Shown one piece after another: positions 8,901 through 14,368 of a DNA stretch of 24,000 nt. Location of the stretch: contig JAFQCH010000005.1 of NCBI GenBank assembly GCA_017416485.1, forward strand, positions 10,031-34,030, written 5' to 3'. Position numbers and translations under genes: made by a program. Below the pieces are notes generated by a model. The model was not told the origin of the DNA. It made no database searches and saw only the letters and a program-made list of their open reading frames with translations. Origin of the DNA: Clostridia bacterium. Lineage in GTDB: Bacteria > Bacillota > Clostridia > Oscillospirales > Acutalibacteraceae. Each line of letters begins with the position of its first letter. The first letter of the stretch is position 1.

Positions 8901-9927
8901 CGGCAATGTGCACAATACGCGCTTTACTCGTAATGCAGCAGTTTTTATCAACGGCTTGCAAAGCGGTAAATACAGCCTGAATGCCATGTATGACCGCAAT
9001 GTCGACGGAGCATGGATTGCAGACGGTGAACAGAAATCCATTGATACCGTCCGTAAGGTCATGGCAAAAAACAACATCCGCTTCACCCGCTATTCCTACA
9101 AGCAAAAAGGCGGCTTGTTTAATCAGCAGCTTTTGAAAAAAGGAAACGGGCAGGTATCGATCAAAAAGAATTCACCGCTTTCGAATATTGACAATTACGG
9201 CGGTTACAACAGTGCAACTTCCACCTTCTTTGCGCTCGCACAATTTGCGGACAAAAAAGGAGAACAGATCAAAGTCATTGTTCCCGTCGATCTGTATCGC
9301 GAACCCGAATACCGGCAGAATCCGTCCGCGTATGTCTGCGAATTTCTGGAGGTTGACGAAGCGCAGGTGCTGATTCCCTGCATCAAATACAACACCCTCA
9401 TCAGTATCAACGGCTTCAGAATGCACATCAGCAGAAAAAGCAGTGGAGGATCTCAATACGGATGCAAGCCTGCCATGCAGCTGGTTTTGGATGCAAAATA
9501 CGAAACCTATTGTAAGTACATTACGAATTATCTGGATAAATATACGGAATTGAGAACCGTTGAACCGGTTACACCGCGGGATCATCTTTCGGCAGAAGAA
9601 AATATAGCACTGTATGATGCGCTGGCAGATAAACTCAATAACAGTATTTTTAATTTGAAATTCGGCAAACTGGCAGGTACAATGCCTGCAAAACGGGAAA
9701 AATTTGTCGGATTATCAATTTATGAACAATGCTCGGTGCTTGTGCAGATTCTGAATATTCTGCATTGTAATGTGCTGACAGGGGATTTGTCGTTGATCGG
9801 TGAATCAAAAAACAGCGGTGCGACGATGATTGGCAATAAAATTATAAAATCTTCTTCCATGCAATCCTTTAAAATCATTCATCAGTCCGTAACGGGATTG
9901 TTTGAACAGGAAATCGAATTGCTGTAA
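5974..9927 (+). CDS. cas9: Cas9 endonuclease, type II (II-A-like), 1317 aa, all catalytic motifs intact
   Basis: RuvC-I is IGLDVGTDSIGWAV (D9, nt 5998-6000). The Arg-rich bridge helix is RRAFRTARRRTQRSKFR. RuvC-II is KKIFVEVARGEG. HNH is YDIDHIFPQSKIKDDSLDNRVLV (H835, nt 8476-8478). RuvC-III is NDHHHAKDAYLN (nt 8860-8880). The C-terminus IHQSVTGLFEQEIELL resembles the SpCas9 end. An AGGAGG RBS sits at 5961-5966. Confidence 0.97.
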   Translation: MKEYYIGLDVGTDSIGWAVTDTNYELLKFKGNATWGIRLLEESNTADERRAFRTARRRTQRSKFRLQCLEMLFNEEIAKVDIAFFQRLHDSSFLMEDKTVTGKYSLFYDADYTDADYHKAYPTIYHLRRELIDNPQPHDVRLVYLALAHIIKHRGHFLFDSDTLGADGMPVFAEVWNELCVYLQEETEVQFACVDTEELQNILKSKKISITKKKEALAKLFSVTKKNEPQYSVLSLLAGATVNTAVLFGDDELKNSEVPKLVFNNGFDEKAADYEAALGERFALIERLKAVYDWAVLADVLQGKSFLSYAKCETYEKHASDLRLLKSYVKTYVPNRYKEIFNTNKKGLNNYLAYSGHDSKNSVESHCSQADFLDYLKKQLPSEPAEEKYSGLYEDIRNGVLLPKAVTKDNSVIPMQIHFAELKKILQNASVYLPFLSAQDENGKTVAEKITDIFTFRIPYYVGPLNPHSDKAWLVRKEGKIYPWNFTEIVDVDRSAEKFIENLTSKCTYLPREDVLPKNSILYSVFAVLNELNNLKLDGEAVSVALKQQIYNDLFVARSKVTQKALKAYLKKHGYGDVEITGIDGDFKNTLKPLQDLAVFDLTAVEKEEIIRAITIFGDDKKLLKKRITALFGKKLTQEQINRICKLKYSGWGRLSRKLLLSLSAVCKETGEVDTIIGFMWSTNCNLMQLLSQNYEFNEAIKTENGDMGFTSLRDEVENLYVSPKVKRPIYQTMQIVEELVKIFGHEPKKIFVEVARGEGEKKRTVSRKDKLLEIYKGCKKGNEELFAALNNYDNNEFRRDALYLYFTQMGRCMYTGEVIPVDAIFDRNLYDIDHIFPQSKIKDDSLDNRVLVKKTVNEEKTNIYPIASSIRNDRKDFWKMLLEKGLISKTKFDRLTRNNPLSDDELSAFISRQLVETRQSTKAIAQLLDKRYAASDIVYVKAGLVSEFRQKYKFVKSRLVNDHHHAKDAYLNIVVGNVHNTRFTRNAAVFINGLQSGKYSLNAMYDRNVDGAWIADGEQKSIDTVRKVMAKNNIRFTRYSYKQKGGLFNQQLLKKGNGQVSIKKNSPLSNIDNYGGYNSATSTFFALAQFADKKGEQIKVIVPVDLYREPEYRQNPSAYVCEFLEVDEAQVLIPCIKYNTLISINGFRMHISRKSSGGSQYGCKPAMQLVLDAKYETYCKYITNYLDKYTELRTVEPVTPRDHLSAEENIALYDALADKLNNSIFNLKFGKLAGTMPAKREKFVGLSIYEQCSVLVQILNILHCNVLTGDLSLIGESKNSGATMIGNKIIKSSSMQSFKIIHQSVTGLFEQEIELL

Positions 9928-9950
9928 AATAATAGACGGAGGGCTACACA

Positions 9951-10364
9951 ATGGGTTGGCGGACGGTGGTTGTAACCAAGGCATCCAAGCTTGATCTGCG
10001 CATGGGCTATATGGTTCTGCGTGACAGCGAAGGCACTGTCAGGGTGCACTTAAGCGAAATATCGGTTCTGTTGCTGGAAACCACCGCCGTCTCCCTGACT
10101 GCGGCTCTGCTCAATGAGTTGACAAAGCAGAAAATCAAGGTCATTTTCTGCGACGAAAAGCAAAACCCCGCCTTTGAGGTTTTGCCGTATTACGGTTGCC
10201 ATGACTGTTCTTTAAAACTCCGGACGCAATTGCAATGGAACGAAACCGCAAAGCAAGCGGTCTGGACTTCCATTGTAACGCAAAAAATAAAACAGCAGGC
10301 ATTTAATCTTGGAACAGTTTTACAAAGAAACCGCTTATCGGGATATTTACTTGCTTGTTCTTGA
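9951..10364 (+). pseudogene. cas1: cas1 remnant: N-terminal domain only, with the catalytic C-terminal domain deleted
   Basis: MGWRTVVVTKASKLDLRMGYMVLR...HLSEISVLLLETTAVSLTAALLNELTKQKIKVIFCDEKQNP...PYYGCHDCSLKLRTQLQW...VWTSIVTQKIKQQA closely tracks the type II Cas1 N-terminus. For comparison, S. pyogenes Cas1 begins [24 protein letters not shown]...HLSEIDILLLETT...VIFCDDKRLP...PYYARHDSSLQL. The frame ends at 137 aa, against about 290 aa for intact Cas1. Only 188 bp of AT-rich leader follow before repeat 1. Confidence 0.8.
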
Positions 10365-10552
10365 AGGGGAACAGAATTTTTCTCCGCTGCCGTGTGAAAA
10401 AGTTTCGGTCGTGGATGCGGATTTCTGCGAAATACTTGCAAATTGATTGTTATTATTATATAATCATTCATATACCTTTTGAAAGCCCGGCGGAATGTAG
10501 TGCCGCTGTTTACTTTCGCAAAGAACCTGCAAATATGACTTTTCTGTTTGAG
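10365..10552 (+). promoter_or_regulatory. CRISPR leader with pre-crRNA promoter
   Basis: TTGCAA (10436-10441), a 17-nt spacer, then a perfect TATAAT (10459-10464), about 90 nt upstream of repeat 1. The leader ends in GTTTGAG (10546-10552), directly abutting repeat 1. Confidence 0.6.
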
Positions 10553-11051
10553 GTTTGAGAGTAGTGTAATTTCATAAGGTAGTAAAACGACGAGGGCGAC
10601 TATCAAATCGAAGGTCAGGTTTGAGAGTAGTGTAATTTCATAAGGTAGTAAAACGAGGATAAAATGGCAAACGAATTTAATAGGTTTGAGAGTAGTGTAA
10701 TTTCATAAGGTAGTAAAACATTGAAACACCGAAGTTGACCGTTGACCTGGTTTGAGAGTAGTGTAATTTCATAAGGTAGTAAAACGCTGTTTTGCCGTAC
10801 TTTTCCACAATGTCGTTTGAGAGTAGTGTAATTTCATAAGGTAGTAAAACTGCAATGGGTATGGCAGTAAGTGATATTGCGTTTGAGAGTAGTGTAATTT
10901 TATAAGGTAGTAAAACTTCACCGAGTACCATTTCAGGGTGGTCAAGTTTGAGAGTAGTGTATTTTTTTCATAAGATAGTAAGCAAAAAACGGAAGCTTAT
11001 GTGGCTACAGGTGTGTTTGCGTGTATTGTAATTATTATATGGTAGTAAAAA
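10553..11051 (+). CRISPR. CRISPR array: 36-nt repeat GTTTGAGAGTAGTGTAATTTCATAAGGTAGTAAAAC, six good repeats plus two degenerate distal repeats, 29-31-nt spacers
   Basis: Repeats lie at 10553-10588, 10619-10654, 10684-10719, 10750-10785, 10815-10850 and 10881-10916 (C to T at 10901). Degenerate repeats lie at 10946-10983 and 11015-11051. Spacers: S1 10589-10618, S2 10655-10683, S3 10720-10749, S4 10786-10814, S5 10851-10880, S6 10917-10945, S7 10984-11014. Repeat decay at the cas-distal end fits a leader on the cas side and plus-strand transcription. Confidence 0.97.
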
Positions 11052-11053
11052 TC

Positions 11054-11082
11054 TCGCTTGTTGTTATGCAAGCGATTTTTTT
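11054..11082 (+). terminator. Rho-independent terminator closing the CRISPR array
   Basis: TCGCTTG-TTGTTATG-CAAGCGA followed by TTTTTTT, immediately after the last degenerate repeat. Confidence 0.65.
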
Positions 11083-11130
11083 ACATTAATATTTTGAGAA
11101 TCACATTAAGTTTTTTTCGGGAGTGATAAT

Positions 11131-12195
11131 ATGCCTCTTCAGATTATCCGTCAGGATGTCACAAAAATGCAGGTGGATGCCGTGGTGAACACGACCAACG
11201 AGGAAATGGTCGGCTACAGCGGTGTGGACCTTGCCATCCATCAGGCGGCAGGACCGGAGATGGATGCCGCCTGCGCAAAACTTGCTCCTCTTGGACTCGG
11301 CACCGCAAAAATCACACCGGGTTTCAACATGGATGCAAAATACATCATCCACACTTCGGGGCCGGTCTGGCGCGGGGGACTTTGCGGAGAAAAAATCATT
11401 CTCAAGTCCTGCTATGTGGAATCCCTGAAACTGGCGGTCGAATACGGCTGCAACACCGTCGCCTTTCCGCTGATTTCGGCAGGTGCTTACGGCTATCCCA
11501 AAGATCAGGTGCTTTCCTATGCCGTGCAGGTCATTTCCGAATTCCTTTATGACCATGAACTGATGGTTTATCTCTGTGTGTATGACCGCACATCCTATGA
11601 ATTCAGCCGTCAGTTGTTTGCCGAACTCAAAGAAGTTATCGGCATTGATTTTGAGGAAGAAAGAGAGTTTTTGTGTGCCTCGCGGCCGCTGATGGAAGAT
11701 TACGAATGCGAATGTGACAGTGCACCGTCTTTTTCTCCCTGTGCAAGTGCACCCGCACCACGAAAAAAAGCGACACCGGCTCTTTTTGAGCACCGCCGAG
11801 TGCAGGAAAGCAGTGCGCAGAACAAGTCTTTGCATGAATATATGCAGACCATGGAAAAGACCTTTGCTTATAAACTCTTTGACCTCATTGATGAACGCGG
11901 TATGACTGACGTGGAATGCTACAAAAAAGCAAACGTGGATAAAAAGACATTCTCCAAAATCAAGTGTAACCCCGATACCTATAAACCGTCCAAGCAGACC
12001 GCCGTTGCCTTTGCCATTGCCCTGCAACTCAATCTCGATGAAACGCAGGAACTGCTTGCCTGTGCAGGACTCACCCTGTCCCGCAGTTTCGCATTCGACA
12101 AAATCATCCGCTACTTCATTCAAAAAGGAATCTACGATATTTTCGTCATCAACGAAGCCTTGTTTGAATTCGATCAGGTGCTGCTGGGGTGCTGA
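11131..12195 (+). CDS. Macro-domain (MacroD/YmdB-type ADP-ribose hydrolase) protein fused to a C-terminal XRE-like helix-turn-helix domain
   Basis: The N-terminus carries macro motifs: VDAVVNTTN, GYSGVDLAIHQAAGPE, AKITPGFNMDAKYIIHTSGPVW and AFPLISAGAYGYP. A Pro/Ala/Ser-rich low-complexity linker follows. The C-terminus reads FAYKLFDLIDERGMTDVECYKKANVDKKTFSKIK...PSKQTAVAFAIALQLNLDETQELLACAG, which looks like an HTH. A GGGAGTG RBS precedes the start. Confidence 0.8.
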   Translation: MPLQIIRQDVTKMQVDAVVNTTNEEMVGYSGVDLAIHQAAGPEMDAACAKLAPLGLGTAKITPGFNMDAKYIIHTSGPVWRGGLCGEKIILKSCYVESLKLAVEYGCNTVAFPLISAGAYGYPKDQVLSYAVQVISEFLYDHELMVYLCVYDRTSYEFSRQLFAELKEVIGIDFEEEREFLCASRPLMEDYECECDSAPSFSPCASAPAPRKKATPALFEHRRVQESSAQNKSLHEYMQTMEKTFAYKLFDLIDERGMTDVECYKKANVDKKTFSKIKCNPDTYKPSKQTAVAFAIALQLNLDETQELLACAGLTLSRSFAFDKIIRYFIQKGIYDIFVINEALFEFDQVLLGC

Positions 12196-12303
12196 AAAAG
12201 TCTCCCGTCGGGCGACCAATTCAATAACACAAAACGCTATAATGCGGTTGTAAGGTTCACCGACCTGCAACCGTATTTTATTATTTAAGGAGAATTTATT
12301 ATT

Positions 12304-12960
12304 ATGGAAAACAAAAACAACATCACCGAACTTGTATTCATTCTCGACCGCAGCGGCTCCATGGGAGGGCTGGAGGCCGACACCATCGGCGGGTTCAACT
12401 CCATGATCGAAAAACAAAGAAAACAGGAGGGCGAATGCTTTGTGTCCACCGTTCTGTTTGACCATGTCTGCGAAGTGTTGCATGACCGCGTAAAACTTTC
12501 CGACATTCAGCATATGACAGACAGGGATTATACCGTCCGCGGTTCAACTGCCCTTATTGATGCTTTAGGCGGTGCCATTCACCACATCGGCAATATCCAC
12601 AAGTATGCCCGCCCCGAGGATGTACCGGCACGCACAATGTTTGTCATCACCACCGACGGCATGGAAAACACAAGCCACCGCTATACAAGTGAGCAAGTCA
12701 AGCAGATGATTGAACGACAGAAAGAAAAATACGGATGGGAATTTATCTTTATCGGGGCGAATATTGATGCCGTGGAAACGGCGGCAAGATACGGTATCGA
12801 CAGCGCCCGTGCAGTCAATTACAACGCCGACGGAAAGGGAACTCATATCCTGTATGAATCGGTTTCCAATGCTGTCAGTTGTATGCGCGCCTGTGCACCG
12901 CTTGCGGATGACTGGCGTGCCGATCTCGATGCGGACTACGAGACAAGAGGGAGTTGTTAA
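12304..12960 (+). CDS. Small von Willebrand factor A (vWA) domain protein with a complete MIDAS motif
   Basis: Has ELVFILDRSGSMGG (D-x-S-x-S), GSTAL (Thr) and FVITTDGMEN (Asp). An AAGGAG RBS lies upstream of the start at 12304. Confidence 0.8.
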   Translation: MENKNNITELVFILDRSGSMGGLEADTIGGFNSMIEKQRKQEGECFVSTVLFDHVCEVLHDRVKLSDIQHMTDRDYTVRGSTALIDALGGAIHHIGNIHKYARPEDVPARTMFVITTDGMENTSHRYTSEQVKQMIERQKEKYGWEFIFIGANIDAVETAARYGIDSARAVNYNADGKGTHILYESVSNAVSCMRACAPLADDWRADLDADYETRGSC

Positions 12961-12961
12961 A

Positions 12962-13190
12962 CAAATTACGGTTTGTCGGGCGCTTATCAATGAAAATTAC
13001 CCCCTCAAACACTTGCCGCCCCTGAAAGGGGAGGTGGCGGCGAAGCCGTCGGAGGGGTTAACCAAACAAAGTCTGATATTGCCGTTAAAACCCCTCTGTC
13101 ACTTCGTGACATCTCCCCTTTCAGGGGCGACAAGGGGTGGTGTGGGTCGGTTTGTGCGAAACGGGCGACTCCCCGACAAACCGTAATTTG
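12962..13190. repeat. 229-bp nested-palindrome, MITE-like non-coding element
   Basis: Perfect 19-bp terminal inverted repeats: CAAATTACGGTTTGTCGGG (12962-12980) and its reverse complement at 13172-13190. Inside is an imperfect inverted pair of about 45 nt (13016-13060 and 13088-13130). Each copy has the layout GCCCCTGAAAGGGGAG, a short hairpin, then GAGGGGTT. It starts 1 nt after the vWA stop codon. Confidence 0.7.
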
Positions 13191-13249
13191 ACGCTAAAAC
13201 ATATCTTCTGCTCATTCAAATTATTTTGATAGCAATTTCCGTTTTTTTG

Positions 13250-13258
13250 TGCTATAAT
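13250..13258 (+). promoter_or_regulatory. Extended -10 promoter element upstream of the PHP hydrolase gene
   Basis: TGCTATAAT (TG-n-TATAAT) at 13250-13258, about 64 nt upstream of ATG 13322. There is no good -35 at canonical spacing. Confidence 0.4.
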
Positions 13259-13321
13259 GTTTTCGGGAAATAAATTTCTGTTGCAAAACACAGAACAAAA
13301 CAGAACAAAAGGGGAATTGCT

Positions 13322-14320
13322 ATGAAGAACACTGCTTACAAATGGTATGCAGGTGTGCCGCATTGTCATACGGTTGCATCTGACGGTAAACTGACACTCG
13401 AACAGGTGATTGCAAAAGCCAAAAAGAATAAACTTGATTTTCTGATGATCACCGACCACAACGAAAACTGCAAAGAAGATTTGCCCGTTGTGGAGGGATT
13501 GACCCTTATTTACGGTGCGGAGCTGACAAAACACGGCGGTCATTGCAATATGTGGGGTGTCAAGGACGTTATTGACCTTGAAGATTATAAAACCTGCGAA
13601 AGCTACGAAGACTTTCTGCGGGTCAAAAATAAAGCAAAAGAACGCGGTGCGGTCATCTGCATCAATCATCCGCATTGCAAACAATGCCCTTGGCGATGGG
13701 AACTGAATGCTGCCGATGCGGATGTGCTGGAAGTCTGGAATGCACCGACCCATTATGACAACCTCGAATGCACCGAATGGTGGCATGAACAGCTTCGTGC
13801 AGGGCATAAACTCCCTGTTGTCGGCGGCAGTGACTATCATCAGGATTATGTCATTACCAATATGATCGCCTGGCCTGTTACCTATGTGTATGCCAAATCC
13901 AATTCCGCCGAAGATATTCTTGATGCCATCGTCAAGGGCCGTACTACGATCAGCTTTGCACCGGGTACAACATTCATTGATATCGAATGCGGGAACCATG
14001 GTCTCGGTGACACCGTAAAAATCAATGATGACACATCCGTCACCATTAACGTAAAAAAAATCCGCAAGAATCATACCCTGATCGTCTTTGATGCCGACGG
14101 TGAGTGTTTCCGTTATAAAGCCGCAAAAACAGGGGATTACTCCGTAACACTTCCCGTGAAAAAAGAAGGTTTCATTTGTGCCCATACGGTATTTGAACCC
14201 GGTTTTCTTTACAGCAAGCTGCATGACTATGCACTCGCATCCCGCATTCCCGAACAAAAGGGCATGAAGTTGCCGCCGCTGATTTTTGCACAAAGCGGTG
14301 CAATCTATTTTGAGAAATAA
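13322..14320 (+). CDS. CehA/McbA-family PHP-domain metallohydrolase (cytoplasmic paralogue type)
   Basis: WYAGVPHCHTVASDGKLTLEQVIAKAKKNKLDFLMITDHN carries the PHP H-x-H and DH motifs. Later blocks are INHPH and GGSDYH. An AAAGGGGA RBS precedes the start. Confidence 0.75.
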   Translation: MKNTAYKWYAGVPHCHTVASDGKLTLEQVIAKAKKNKLDFLMITDHNENCKEDLPVVEGLTLIYGAELTKHGGHCNMWGVKDVIDLEDYKTCESYEDFLRVKNKAKERGAVICINHPHCKQCPWRWELNAADADVLEVWNAPTHYDNLECTEWWHEQLRAGHKLPVVGGSDYHQDYVITNMIAWPVTYVYAKSNSAEDILDAIVKGRTTISFAPGTTFIDIECGNHGLGDTVKINDDTSVTINVKKIRKNHTLIVFDADGECFRYKAAKTGDYSVTLPVKKEGFICAHTVFEPGFLYSKLHDYALASRIPEQKGMKLPPLIFAQSGAIYFEK

Positions 14321-14325
14321 AAAAA

Positions 14326-14364
14326 CAACGAGCCACCAAAAAAAGTGGCTCGTTGCTCTTTTTT
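14326..14364. terminator. Bidirectional rho-independent terminator between convergent genes
   Basis: CAACGAGCCAC-CAAAAAAA-GTGGCTCGTTG forms an 11-bp stem. An A-run lies upstream and CTCTTTTTT downstream. It sits between stop codons at 14320 (+) and 14369 (-). Confidence 0.75.
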
Positions 14365-14368
14365 GTAT

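Noticed and set aside
9951-10364. Treating the 137-aa ORF as an intact small Cas protein (Cas2 or a mini-Cas1)
   Set aside because: The sequence is collinear with the Cas1 N-terminal domain, not Cas2. It lacks the whole catalytic alpha-helical domain, and its last 17 or so residues leave the family pattern before the stop.
10789-10799. 11-nt identity (GTTTTGCCGTA) between spacer 4 and the cas1 remnant (10179-10189), considered as possible self-targeting
   Set aside because: Only 11 contiguous matches, flanked by mismatches on both sides. By rough estimate, about one such match is expected by chance between about 200 nt of spacers and both strands of 24 kb.
10677-10931. 84-aa minus-strand ORF with internally repeated peptide LLPY(E/K)ITLLSN
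   Set aside because: It is simply the translation of CRISPR repeats. The 10190-10606 ORF is rejected for the same reason.
11015-11051. Possible alternative tracrRNA anti-repeat on the minus strand at the distal end of the array
   Set aside because: On the plus strand it is a decayed repeat in register with the array and is followed by the array terminator. Read on the minus strand it is followed by no hairpins or terminator. The 5802-5920 candidate has a promoter, better pairing and three 3' hairpins.
11131-12195. Macro protein as the DarG antitoxin of a DarTG toxin-antitoxin system
   Set aside because: No DarT (DUF4433-like) ORF is adjacent on either side. The C-terminal half also looks like an XRE-type HTH rather than a DarT-binding domain.
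11101-12513. 470-aa minus-strand ORF covering the whole Macro-HTH gene and the vWA gene start
   Set aside because: It is a shadow ORF antisense to a gene with clear family motifs. Its translation is low-complexity with no recognisable domain, no RBS, and it spans an intergenic region.
12710-13186. 158-aa plus-strand ORF running out of frame through the vWA gene 3' end and across the palindromic element
   Set aside because: It overlaps a well-supported gene in another frame. Its distal half is the translated inverted repeat, and it has no RBS.
13121-14293. 390-aa minus-strand ORF antisense to the PHP hydrolase gene, and likewise 3744-4523 and 21980-22783
   Set aside because: These are shadow ORFs opposite genes with clear family signatures. 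They extend into intergenic or palindromic sequence.
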